Source of the DNA: Octopus bimaculoides
Lineage: Eukaryota
NCBI RefSeq assembly: GCF_001194135.2
Contig: NC_068983.1
Coordinates: forward strand, 160,136,170 to 160,200,169
Length of the DNA: 64,000 bases
Reading direction: 5' to 3'
The notes beneath the pieces were generated by a model. That model saw nothing but the letters and a program-made list of their open reading frames with translations. It had not been told where the DNA came from and ran no database searches. Numbering within the stretch: the stretch's first letter is position 1; the number at the start of each line of letters is the position of its first letter. Both the position numbers and the translations under genes were made by a program. Shown here in pieces: positions 24,685 to 37,353 of this stretch.

Positions 24685-24849
24685 TAGGTGCAGGAGTGGT
24701 TGCATGGTAAGTAGCTTGCTTACTAACCACATGGTTCCAGGTTCAGTCCCACTGCGTGGAACCATGGGCAAGTGTCCTTTACTACAGCCTCGGGCCGACC
24801 AAAGCCTTGTGAGTGGATTTGGTAGAGAGAAACTGAATGAAGCCCTTCG

Positions 24850-24895
<46 letters not shown>

Positions 24896-25115
24896 TGTGT
24901 GTTTGTATGTTTGTGTGTTTGTCACCCCAACATCGCTTGACAACTGATGCTGGTGTGTTTACGTCCCTGTCACTTAGTGGTTCGGCAAGAAAGAACAATA
25001 GAATAAGTACTAGGCTTACAAAGAATAAGTCCTGGGGTCGATTTGCTCGACGAAAGGGCGGTGCTCCAGCATGGCCGCAGTCAAATGACTGAAACAAATA
25101 AAAGAATAAAAAGAA
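24685..25115 (+). mobile_element. SINE family A, young full-length copy inserted in an AT-rich degenerate minisatellite
   Basis: CpGs retained; flanks at 24645-24685 and 25120-25255 share ttgttattttgagagttttgttagtttc units. Confidence 0.9.
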
Positions 25116-26825
25116 TATAAAAGAACTTATTTTGTTAGATTTCTTGTTATTTTGAGTTTTGTTAGTTTCCTGATTAACTTATTTTGCTAATTTTCTTGTT
25201 ATTTTGAGAGTTTTGTTAGCTTCATTATTTTGTTAGTTTCCTTGTTATTTATTGTTTTTCCAGAGGTGAAAGCTTTTTAGACGTTTTGAGATGAGACGGT
25301 GGAAGTGAGTAAGTAATCCTCAAAGAGAACATCAAACATAAATGTTCATGATAAATTTTACTCCACTAAAAATACCTGAAGGCCAGGTGTTTGTATTTAA
25401 ATAGGTAATGATATAAATCTACCTTTTAAGAACTCATATGCTTCCACACAGTTTTCATCTTGCCAACTTTACTCACAAGGCTTTGGTTGAGCTGCTGTTG
25501 TGATAGAAGCTCTAGCTGCCACACAGTAAGATTAAACCTGAAACCATGAAACTGTAGAGTAAACTTCTTCAGAACATAGTCATGATGTCCAATACCCATT
25601 GAATTTGTTGGTTGGTTGGATTGACATTTCGCTTTGACTGTTGACTTATTAAATTATCATAGCATAACTGAAAAGAAAATAGCTACTAGAAACCCAAAGT
25701 TCCATTTCCTCTTAGATTTTTGATTCTGTAAACTTTGATATCTGAATGTATCAGTGTGTGTGTATGTGTGTGTGTGGGAAAGTGGTAGAGGAAGAAAGAA
25801 TATTCACTCATAATTAGATAGCAGCAAACATATCTACAGCTTTGGTTATATCTCATTGGAATTTGCTATATTTATTTTATTAATATACCAGTGTAAAGCT
25901 TTGTGAGTTCACACACACACACACACATATATACACACACACATACACACATGTATGTATATCTATGAATATATGTGTACATTCACTGACACATGTATAT
26001 ATGTATATGTATACAAACATATTTATATGTGCATATGTCTACAAACACATATACATACATGCACAAATACACAGATACACACACAAATTGTGTGTGAATC
26101 TTTATCTTTTTATACAGGTGCAGCATATTCATATAAACATACTTTATATCTTGAAATCTAACTACGAGTCATAAAATGTAACACATATTTTAGTTCTGCT
26201 TATTTGTCTAACAAATATATGTGGAACATAAAAGAGGTATGCTATTTCAGCTTGCTAAACACATATATGCTTTTTTCTGATATCACTGATGCTGCAACTT
26301 CATTCATGGAACTGCCAAAGGAGCATATCTTCTTTCTGTTCAAATCATCTACAGTTACAGTAATATTCCACCCCTTCCCCATGAACCATTTGGCTGTTGA
26401 ATCCCTTTTGAATATACTTTTATTTCATGTAGCTAGCATCCATATCTTTTGCTGAAACCACAAGAAGAATCTAGTTCAGCTTTAAAAATAATGAAATTAT
26501 ATGTCGTATTGGACACACAATTATGAATTAGATTGTGAATTCAAATTTTGAACCAGGCAGCTGCTTTGCCCTTGAGCAAAATACTTCATTTCATGTTGCT
26601 TCAGTTCACTCAGATGAAAATAAGTACCAGTAACAAGTTGGGGTGCTGGTGGCTTAACTCAGCAACTGACTGGTGTCCAATTCAGGAAAGAGTCTTTTAC
26701 TCTCAGTTAAATGCTACAGAAAGTGGGGCAAGCTCTGGGCTGATTGGCCTGTAGTCAAACCAGTGAAGTATTTCAAAATTATGCATATATATTTATATAC
26801 ACATGCTTACAAAATGCACACACAC

Positions 26826-26874
<49 letters not shown>

Positions 26875-27444
26875 CACCATCATTTAACATTTGTTTTCCA
26901 CACTGGCATAAGCTGGACACTTTAACAGGAGCTAGTAAGGCTGGGCGCTGCACCAGGTCCCATTGTCTGTTTTGGCATGGTTTCTATGGCTGGATGCCCT
27001 TCCTAACTTCCTAACACCGAGCACTTTTCAGAGTATTCATCATCATCATCATCATCGTTTAACGTCCGCTTTCCATGCTGGCATGGGTTGGCCGATTTGA
27101 CTGAGGACTGGTGAAACCGGATGGCAACACCAGGCTCCAATGGGTACATTTTATGTGCCAACAACATCAATAATTTTTATGTGACACCCCCAACCAACAG
27201 GGTGGCCAAATAACTTACAAGACAAAAACCCCTCAGCTGTGCAGAGGGAGTAGTATTGAGTAGGGATGGAATTGTGCTAGTTGATGAGAAATTAAAGAGG
27301 GACACGGATTAGTATCTTGCTGTAGAGTTGATACGCACATGCATATATATATACACACACATGCATATATATATACACACGCATGTATATACACACATGC
27401 ATATATTTATCTTAACAAGTCAACATTTACATAAGGCAAGGCTT

Positions 27445-27501
27445 CTTCTCTGAAGACCTTCTCTGAAGACCTTCTCTGAAGACCTTCTCTGAAGACCTTC
27501 T
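27445..27501. repeat. 13-bp tandem repeat (cttctctgaagac), 4.4 units
   Basis: Direct reading. Confidence 0.95.
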
Positions 27502-27744
27502 ACTGTTCAGCTCTCCCGAAAATTTCTTATAATTTTATTTATAAATAGAATAAAATAGGAGTAAGATACTTTGATTTATAGACAAACAAATAGATAGATA
27601 GACGGACAGATAGACAAACAAACAGGCAGATGGACAGATAGAAGACAAGCAGACAAACAGACAGACAGATAGATAGAAGACAAGCAGCTAGAGAGACAGA
27701 TAGACCAACAGGAAGACAGCAGGGCAAAAGATATATATATATAC

Positions 27745-28130
27745 TCACAGGCATGATTGTGTGGTTAAAATGTTCATTTCAAAATCATGTGGTCTTTCAT
27801 TCAGTACTCTTGCATGACACCTTGAGCAAGTCTCTTCTATTATAGCTCTGAACTAAGCAAAGCCTTGTGAGTATAGTTGGTAGATGGAAACTGAATGTAT
27901 ATGTGTCTGTGTGTGTCCTTTTCTTGACATGATGCGATAGTTGTATATGAGCAATATCATCATATAAGCAGTATTATTCCAAACTGGCCTTAGAAAATCT
28001 CCTTCAACAAATTCTATCTGATCTATGCAAGTATGGATGGAAAGTAGACATTAAAACAATGATGACGATGGTAACAACAGGGACAACAACAATGATGATC
28101 ATCATGATGACAACAACGACAATGAACATC
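27745..28130 (+). mobile_element. Hybrid SINE: family A head with RTE-like tail, old
   Basis: ggcatgattgtgtggtt...accttgagcaagtctcttctattatagc...atgcaagtatggatggaaagtagacattaaa then a degenerate (ATG/AAC)n tract. Confidence 0.65.
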
Positions 28131-29134
28131 ATGATGAAGGTCACACTTAGAAAATATATTAAAATGCATTTAAGTCAAATAATGTTTCTGAACAACCCAG
28201 AAATATCATTAGTCTGTTATTTGTGCACTGAGGATCAAACATTACCAACAGGGATTTATGAGTGAATTAAATTGGAAAGAGAAAATAACACAAGCAATGA
28301 AAATTAATTCGTTATTGATAGTTCATTTCAAACTTTAATGATCAATGTCTGTATATCTCTAACATATCTTCCTTTAATATAGACAATTTTTCATGTAAAA
28401 GAACAAACACACATCTGGTTGTTGCTACTGCTTGTCTAGGATTGGTGAAGTTTGGCCAAAACAATGAATCAAAACACAGATGGAAGATGAGAGAATATTG
28501 CATAATCAGTTGATCCTACTTTCAGGTGAAGCAGATCAGATTAAGCAGAGACAACTGACAACTAGCTTCAGCTAGTATTTCTTATTGACCAGGTCATAGA
28601 TCAAAAGCTTTGAACTATCATCAATTGGATACTCAAGATAGATTATTATCAGATGGCTAATCATAACAACAGCTGGCTTTTCATGAACTTTAGAGAGGCT
28701 GAAAAGTAAACTATTTTTGTTCATTATCATTATTCTTCTTCAATATTTAGCTTACAGTCTGGAAGGTGGTAAGTGCTACTAATGTTATCAGTACATTAGA
28801 AATGGCTGTACTGTTGGACGTTTGTATCTGTTTGTCTGTCTGTATCAGGTTGCTGCTATCCTGTTACCAACATTTACTTTTCTGATTTAACGAGCAAACT
28901 TTAACCCAAGTCACATTGGTGAACGAAATGACATCATTAGCATTCACTAATCTAGCTTTGGTTAGGATTTCCACTCACATAATGATGGCTAAAACAAACT
29001 AAAACTCTATAAAACTTTAGAATATGCTTTCTAATAAATCCTATGTATCTGAATTTCTCGGTGATCAGACAGAGACTCTTTAATTGGCTCAAAGAGTACA
29101 CAGTATTTAGAGCAGAGTTAAAGAATAATTTGTA

Positions 29135-29154
29135 GTGGCAGCAGCAGCAGCAAC

Positions 29155-29210
<56 letters not shown>

Positions 29211-29218
29211 AAGCAGCA

Positions 29219-29279
<61 letters not shown>

Positions 29280-29335
29280 TAGTAGAAGCAGCAGCAGTGG
29301 TGGTAGTAGTAGTAGTAGTAGTAGAAGCAGCAGCA

Positions 29336-29400
<65 letters not shown>

Positions 29401-29420
29401 TGTTGTTGTTGTTGTTGTTA
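29135..29420. repeat. Compound trinucleotide tract (AGC)/(AGT)/(TGT)
   Basis: Direct reading; source of the poly-V and poly-Y ORFs. Confidence 0.95.
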
Positions 29421-29424
29421 TTTA

Positions 29425-31316
29425 CAGTCCACAACATTATTGAGGCTGTTTTTGTAACACAATGCTTTGATGTTATTGGGTGGTAAATATAGCTTCGAGT
29501 AGAATAAACTATAGTTTGGTAGTGTTGCAATTCTGATACAAAAGTTCTGGACGTTTTTATATTTTGGGAGAAAATAAAAGAAACCAGAGTCATTAGAAGT
29601 GTATTTTATCATTTATTGAAGTTATCTTCATCACCACTGCCTGAAGTATCACTTTCACCATCACTGACTTCATTTTTGGACTGTTCATCATTTTCAATGG
29701 CTCTAATGTGCTTGTAAAGCTTGTTCAGATGAGAATCAGCTTTGTTAATGCATCCTTAGACTGTTTTGCTCTCCAGATTCCGAAATGAGCCTACAGTTGT
29801 GCCAGCGCTTGCCCAAAGGTGGTGTTTGTGGTGTACTGTTTTCCCCACTTCTCCTTTGGCAATGGCCCATATGAGCTTCAGCGGCTGCAAATTGGAATGA
29901 TGTGGTGGAGAAATGATGACCTTATGACCTCTTTCTCTTGCCATGGAACAAATAACTGGAAATATGTGTAGCTTGTTGTGCTCCCTCAGCTTTTCCTATA
30001 GCACATACTTCAGATCTTCTGTTTCAAGTGGAATTTCTCATTCTCGACATGACATCTGTATTTGAGCCTTCTTTCACCATCCTTTTGGTATTGATTCAGA
30101 GAGATTAAAGTGATATTTGGCATTGTCCATCACAATGGCAGTATTACTAATCCCTCAGTCATCAAGAGCTTTGAAGAGCTCCATCCACTCAACAAAATAC
30201 TAATGGCTAAACATTCTATGGTAGTCTTTTGTTTGTTTTCCTCCAACAAAGACATGCAAAGTGTTCTCCATTAAGTGAGCCACTTGATTTTCTTCTGGCA
30301 TGGTGTAGTCAGGATTAATAATGGCCATAATGAAACAGTATTGCTTTCCTTTGTGTTGTGTTTTTATTTGTTGGTTCTGCTCATCATTCGGATAATACAA
30401 ACTGTCATCATGTCGAGCATAATTCTTGTGAATGTAGTTTTCATCCATGTACACAATTTGTCGCTTCTTCACTGCATTGAGAGAAACCGTATAAAGATCC
30501 TACTTATGAATGTTCTTGGCTCGAGGCTTGTAGCACATCATTCCTTTCTTCTTTCTACGGTGGTATCCTTTTCGCTTGAGGAATCTTTGAACAGATCACA
30601 GAGCTGCTTGGACTGGCTTTGATTGATCACAGTCAATAGTAATGAAACCATTTTCGATACAGCTGTCCATCACACCTCAAGCAACAGTCCTAGTGTAAAC
30701 TGCCTGATGATCCCTGACAAATTTTTGGATTATGGAAGTCACAAGATGAAAATCAGGAACTACTGAAGCCTTTAGATTTCAATTTCCTGTTATTTTCTCC
30801 TCTGAAATTTCTCCAGTCTCAACAAATTTGGTCCCGATTTCGCTGCAGAGCTTATTACTTCGACCAAGGACATTTGCAATACAATTTGTGGCATCTGCAT
30901 TCTTCTTCATTTGCCCAGGTCTCTTATTACTGTGCAGCGCAATATGTTCATGATGAAATTTGGCTTGTACAGAGAGAATATCTTGCTTCTCCTTGGTAAG
31001 TCCCCTAGGTCAATTTTTTTTTTCATGGAACTCCAAAGATTCAAGAAATGGCTTATTCACAAACTTATGCTTCTTCTTGAGAATGCAAGAAACAACATTT
31101 CGCTGTTTTTTGTTTCTTCTCAGCTCCAAAACACAATCTTCAACTTGGTCCTTTTCTTAATTTCTTTCCATAACGTTTGATCTTGGAAGGGAGAGAAAAA
31201 TAATTAATGGTGCAAAAGAAAGATCTCAACAAGCTCTATTCAACGATATAATGGGTTCAAACTAGCAGTAAAAACTGAGTAAAACACAAAATAGGCCTCA
31301 ATTGAGTCGCAGACTG
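29425..31316 (-). mobile_element. Full-length decayed IS630/Tc1/mariner DNA transposon with DD82E ('Sailor'-type) spacing
   Basis: Degenerate TIRs: cagtccacaacattattgaggctgtttttgt (29425-29455) versus the reverse complement of 31286-31316, cagtctgcgactcaattgaggcctattttgt (22/31 match). TA at 29423-29424; right flank reads TTA. Confidence 0.85.
29609..31171 (-). pseudogene. DD82E-type transposase pseudogene, about 520 codons
   Basis: One frame from ATG 31171 to about 29850 with about a dozen stops in total, then one frameshift to an acidic C-terminus. Motifs: IVYMDENY (D at 30445), IVMDNAKYH (D at 30127), PPHHSNLQPLKLIW (expected E is AAG/K at 29878). D2 to E is 249 nt, so 82 intervening residues. 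Confidence 0.85.
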
Positions 31317-33059
31317 TTAGTCCTAGAACAAACCATGATCTGGAAATCCAATCGTGAAAATTCTCACTTTTTAGAGACATCTAGGACTACATTGTCCATA
31401 CCTTTTTTAAGATGGTACAGCATTATTCAAGAGAGTTTAGCTGCTATTTCTGGGAGATCAAATGACTCCATAAAGATGCCTTAAATAGTTGCTGCAGTTG
31501 TTTTGCACAAGGCTACTCCTTGTTAAGTAGATCTACAATCATTGGATCAATAGCATTCTGGCTGCTGCCATCCTGTTGTTCTTGTATATAAGTAAAAGAG
31601 CAGGGATGATTATTATGCCACTAAGTTTATTGTTCATGTAGTAAGCTACAAAATTCTTATATCCTCTTGATTTCCTGTAATTCAGACCACCCAGCAGACA
31701 AAATAAAAAAGGTGCTGCTCTGGACAATGGCAAAAGAGAGAACTTCAATATAAAATATAGCCCCTTTTTTTTTTGTCTTTTTTACTTTTTCTTTCTTTTC
31801 TTGAGATGACAGAGAGATTTGAGAGTGTCTGGCTGCTATTTCTTTCAGACTGAGTGACTGTGAAAGTATTTCTCACTGGTTTATTTACTAACATTTTGTT
31901 AAGGGAAATAGAATGATTAAAGTGAAGAAAAAGAAAGTAAAAGCATATACAAATACAAATTACAATGGGAAGTAGAATTACTCATTACCACTTTAATAAT
32001 AGTATGAGTAATAAAAATACAAAAGAGTAGAATCAGTGAAAAGAAGGTCAACAGAAGTGTGAGAGACAATGTCATCATTTGCTTCTTTCCACCACATGAG
32101 GGGTTCTCTATAAGGGTGTTTATTTTTTCTGAAATATTATTTGACAATATCTCTGCTATTTATTATTTTTGTTGGTGAACTTACAAATTGATTTACTTAG
32201 GTAGTAGTTTCTATATGTTATTTTTTAGTAGCATTTTAGTTATGTTTTTATTGGAATTCTGCCATACATGAGGTAAGTTGCCAACACTGTTTTATTCTTT
32301 GTTGTTTCACCATCACAAAATTAGTTTCCTTACTGTCTAATCAAATCATCCATTTTCAAAAACTGTAAGACACATTTTCATCTAGTTCACAGTTATTGAA
32401 CCTCATAAATCTATCAATTGTTTTACTCTAGTTTCAACTACTTAAAGCAGTGGTTTCCAAATGGTGCACTATAGAACTCTGCAGTGTTGTAAAATTTGGC
32501 AAGATGCTCCATGAAAATAGTTAAATTGTCATCATCATTATCATTATCACACTTTTAACATCGACTTTTCTGTATTTTCATTGGTCAGATGATATTCACT
32601 AAGGCACACTTTCTGTAATCAGATGCCCTTCCTGTCACCAATCCCCATCTATTTACAAGCAATGTAACATTTCCCCAGGGACAAACATGTTTTTCACTGA
32701 AGATTGGAAATGGATAATATTGTTTATGTGATGTCGCTACTCATTTTCAACCATTACACAATGTCAAGACAAGAAGAAACACACAAATTTACACAAATAC
32801 ACGCAATTTTGCATACACACACATACACACACGCACACACACAAACACACACACATACATGTCTATGTATATGAATATATGTATATATGTATGTATATGT
32901 ATGCATTGGGTCATCCCATTTATATGTGTATATTGGGTCATCTCATAAATAATGTATATATGTATGTATAATGTCTATGTATGTATTTCAGAATCTGAAT
33001 TAAACTGCTTTGAATAATATATGTTACTCCCAATGGAGTTACTCACTCACACACGCACG

Positions 33060-33116
<57 letters not shown>

Positions 33117-33409
33117 GCACACACACACATGTGCACACACACATGTGCACACACACATGTGCACACACACATGTGCGCACACACTCACACACACACACAC
33201 ACATACACACACATGCATACAAAATTATGCTTCCTTTCAGTTTCCATTTACCAAATGCACTCACAAGGCTTTGCTCAGCTCAAAACTATGGTACAAGTCA
33301 TTTACCCAGGGTGACTTGCAAAAGTGAGATGGAAATTTCTTAATTATACAGCTATACCTGTTAAGTCAGCGAAAAAGAGTTACAATATATTTCATGAATT
33401 TGAAAATAT

Positions 33410-34640
33410 ATACTCTTTACTCTTTTTTACTCTTTTATTTGTTTCTGTCTTTTGACTGTGGCCATGCTGGAGCACCACCTTTAGTCGAGCAAATCGACCC
33501 CAGAACTTATTCTTTGTAAGCCTAGTACTTATTCTATCGGTTCCTTTTTGCCGAACCANNNNNNNNNNNNNNNNNNNNNNNNNNNNNNNNNNNNNNNNNN
33601 NNNNNNNNNNNNNNNNNNNNNNNNNNNNNNNNNNNNNNNNNNNNNNNNNNNNNNNNNNNNNNNNNNNNNNNNNNNNNNNNNNNNNNNNNNNNNNNNNNNN
33701 NNNNNNNNNNNNNNNNNNNNNNNNNNNNNNNNNNNNNNNNNNNNNNNNNNNNNNNNNNNNNNNNNNNNNNNNNNNNNNNNNNNNNNNNNNNNNNNNNNNN
33801 NNNNNNNNNNNNNNNNNNNNNNNNNNNNNNNNNNNNNNNNNNNNNNNNNNNNNNNNNNNNNNNNNNNNNNNNNNNNNNNNNNNNNNNNNNNNNNNNNNNN
33901 NNNNNNNNNNNNNNNNNNNNNNNNNNNNNNNNNNNNNNNNNNNNNNNNNNNNNNNNNNNNNNNNNNNNNNNNNNNNNNNNNNNNNNNNNNNNNNNNNNNN
34001 NNNNNNNNNNNNNNNNNNNNNNNNNNNNNNNNNNNNNNNNNNNNNNNNNNNNNNNNNNNNNNNNNNNNNNNNNNNNNNNNNNNNNNNNNNNNNNNNNNNN
34101 NNNNNNNNNNNNNNNNNNNNNNNNNNNNNNNNNNNNNNNNNNNNNNNNNNNNNNNNNNNNNNNNNNNNNNNNNNNNNNNNNNNNNNNNNNNNNNNNNNNN
34201 NNNNNNNNNNNNNNNNNNNNNNNNNNNNNNNNNNNNNNNNNNNNNNNNNNNNNNNNNNNNNNNNNNNNNNNNNNNNNNNNNNNNNNNNNNNNNNNNGAGA
34301 GAGAAAAGAGAAGGAGGGAGAGAGAGAGGGAGAGAGAGACAGGTTGACAGACAAACAGCTGGCAGATAGACAGTCAGGCAAATAGATAGATAGATAAATA
34401 TGCATACATATATTATTCTATTATTCTTTTACTCTTTTACTTGTTTCAGTCATTTGACTGAGGCCATGCTGGAGCACTGCCTTTAGTCGAATGAATCGAC
34501 CTAGGACTTATTCTTTGTAAGCCTAGTACTTATTCTATCGGTTCCTTTTTGCCGAACCACTAAGTGATAGGGACATAAACACACCAACATCGGTTATCAA
34601 GCAATATAGTGGGGGGACATACAGACACAAATAACAAACA
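33410..34640 (-). mobile_element. Two SINE family A 3' halves (33410-33558, 34425-34640) flanking a gap
   Basis: Both begin tactcttt..cttttacttgtttc..tc.tttgactg.ggccatgctggagcac. Confidence 0.8.
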
Positions 34641-34648
34641 CATACAAT

Positions 34649-34720
<72 letters not shown>

Positions 34721-34849
34721 CACACATATATATATATATATATATATATTTATTTATATGTATATATATATTTATATATATGTATGTATGTATGTATATC
34801 TATATATATATGTATGTACGTACATATGTAACCAAAATTGTAGTTATGG

Positions 34850-35250
34850 CCCCTGACTGGTTCCTGTTCCAGTGGCATGTAAAATGCATCATTCAAATGT
34901 AGTCGATGCCAATGCTTTCTGACTGGCTCCCATGCCAGTGGCACGTAAAAAGCACCATCTGAATGTGGCCAATGCCAGAGCCCCTTGACTGGTTCCCATG
35001 CCAGTGACACATAAAATGTAATCAATGCCAGGACTGCCTGACTGGATCCTGTACTGGTGGCATGTAAAAAGCACCCACTACACCCTCGGAGTTGTTGGCT
35101 TAAGTAAGAAAAGTCATTCAGCTGTTGAAACATTGCCAGATCAGATTGGAGCCTGGTGCATCCACTGGCTTTCCAGACCACAGTCAAACTGTCCAATCCA
35201 TACCAGCATGGAAAACAGACGTTAAACGATGATGATGATGATGATGATGA
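34850..35250 (+). mobile_element. RTE-tail (B) repeat with four tandem 5' modules
   Basis: Repeated (c)tgactgg.tcc..tgccagtggcacgtaaaa modules, then the standard B tail and (gat)n. Confidence 0.8.
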
Positions 35251-36029
35251 TGTATGTATATATACATACATGCACATGTCTATTATATGATGAGCTTCCA
35301 TTGTTTCCATTGACCGTTTTTCACCCACAAGGCATTGGTTGGTCTGCTGATGTAGAAGACAACAGTTCAAGTTGCCACATGATAAAACTCAATAATATAA
35401 AGCCATGTGGTTGGAAAACTGACTTCTTAACCACACAGCCATGCCTTTTATAGCACTAATGAGAGATTGATGAGCTTCAATGACTAGTATGAACTAAATG
35501 AAAATGTGTCTTCAATTTTGGGAAATGAATGATTTGTTCACACAGTGTGAAAACTAATTTTGTGAAAGTAAAACAGCAGCTGCATCAACAACAACAACAA
35601 AACAATAATAATAACAACTTACCCGGTAGAGACAAAGCAAATGGTCAAAAATGGTAAGCAAAATGCTTTTTTGTTTTCTCTAAATATTTAATTTAAATCA
35701 TTGTTTGTTTTTTTCTTTTAAATTATCTATGCAAATAGAGCTGTTATTTGTCATTTGGTCTCCAGTGTACCAGAATGTCGAAATTTTTAAGAAACATTGG
35801 GCAAAAGTATATATTTTAACAAAGTGCATAAAAAATATTTTTATTTGCTCAGAAGTGAAGTGAGCCATAAATAGAGAAATGTTTGCCAACCACTGGTTCA
35901 ATGACATTCTAGTATAGTTGCTCTGGGATGCTCGCATTCTGTTTTACAAGACTGAATGAAGTAGCTTTATGTACTACTATTTAAAAATGTCCACCACCAT
36001 CACCACCACACCGTTATCATCATCGTCAT

Positions 36030-36062
<33 letters not shown>

Positions 36063-36369
36063 TAGTGTTGATCTTTTTTAACTCAGGCTTTGTTGGAACT
36101 CCTGGAGTCTTGCATGCATAGGGGGCTTGCTATCTGCAGTCTATGGCATCATGCTATCTGTTCTTTTCAGATGTCTAATACTTTCTTGTTTGTTCTGGCC
36201 ATGCCAAGGAAGCAAACCTTTTGTAACAGTTCTACTTGGTACTCTATTCCAGTTTCCTTTATATTCTTCTTGATGCCATCTCATACCGTCCTTTAGGACC
36301 CCAAAATAATTGGCCCTATCTTCTTTGTTTTCCATAGCCAGATTATTTTGTACTTAAGAGGATTGTATG

Positions 36370-36398
36370 TTTCTTCTTCTTCTTCTTCTTCTTCTTCT

Positions 36399-36460
<62 letters not shown>

Positions 36461-36790
36461 TTACTATTATTATTATTATTATTATTATTATTAAGATCGT
36501 TGCCAGTGCCACCGAACTGGCTCCTGTGCAGGTGGCATGTAAAATACACCATGTTGAGCATGGCCGTTGCCAGTACCGCCTGACTGGCCTTCGTGCTGGT
36601 GGCACGTAAAAGTACCCACTACACTCTCGGAGTTGTTGGCGTTAGGAAGGGCATCCAGCTGTAGAAGCTCTGCCAAATCAGATTAGAGCTTGGTGTAGCC
36701 ATCTCGTTCACCAGTCATCAGTCAAATCATCCAGCCCATGCTAGCATGGAAAGCAGACTTTAAACGATGATGATGATGATGATGATGATC
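36370..36790 (+). mobile_element. Compound (CTT)(CTA)(TTA) microsatellite followed by an RTE-tail (B) repeat at 36495-36790
   Basis: Direct reading and match to other B copies. Confidence 0.85.
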
Positions 36791-37105
36791 ATGATTAAGG
36801 CTGTGAGCTGACAGAACCGTTAGCACACTGGGCACTTAACAAACATATCTTCTTTGTCTGAACTTTTATAATAATGTCCGGTTTATTAACTTTAATAGTT
36901 TTGTCAGTCACAGCTTAAGGATGGTGTTTATACCATTTGTCAGCAGTTTTGATTTTATAATGCCAACATATTGTCCAGTGTAAATACTGGCCAACTCTGT
37001 CATGTCTTGCATTATATTCTACTGGTGCTAAGACTCTACACCCTGAGATAAGGTAGTCTATAGTTTATTCTTATTCTTCTAATTATTATTACTATTATTA
37101 TTATG

Positions 37106-37119
<14 letters not shown>

Positions 37120-37137
<18 letters not shown>

Positions 37138-37295
37138 AGTGACAAGCTGGCAGAATCTTTTGTCTTTACATTCTGAGTTCAAATGCTGCTGGGGTTGACC
37201 TTCCCTTTCATCATTTCAGGGTCAATAATATAAGTACCAGTTGAACACTAGGATTAATGTAATTGACCTACCCCATCTCTTGAAATTGCCCACCT
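37120..37295 (+). mobile_element. SINE family D between (TTA)n tracts
   Basis: A-box-like ctggcagaatc, B-box gagttcaaatgc, then ...ataagtaccagtt.... Confidence 0.7.
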
Positions 37296-37313
37296 TGCGT
37301 CAAAATTTGAAAC

Positions 37314-37353
<40 letters not shown>

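Noticed and set aside
25264-25308. Plus-strand exon with strong acceptor and donor
   Set aside because: Stops in all frames; it could only be non-coding, and there is no supporting evidence.
26204-26455. Coding-looking stretch (plus ORF; minus frame FKRDSTAKWFMGKGWNITV...)
   Set aside because: No recognisable family; the frames after the minus acceptor close quickly and no donor was found.
29425-31316. Active or domesticated transposase gene
   Set aside because: About a dozen stops, a frameshift and an E-to-K change at the third catalytic residue.
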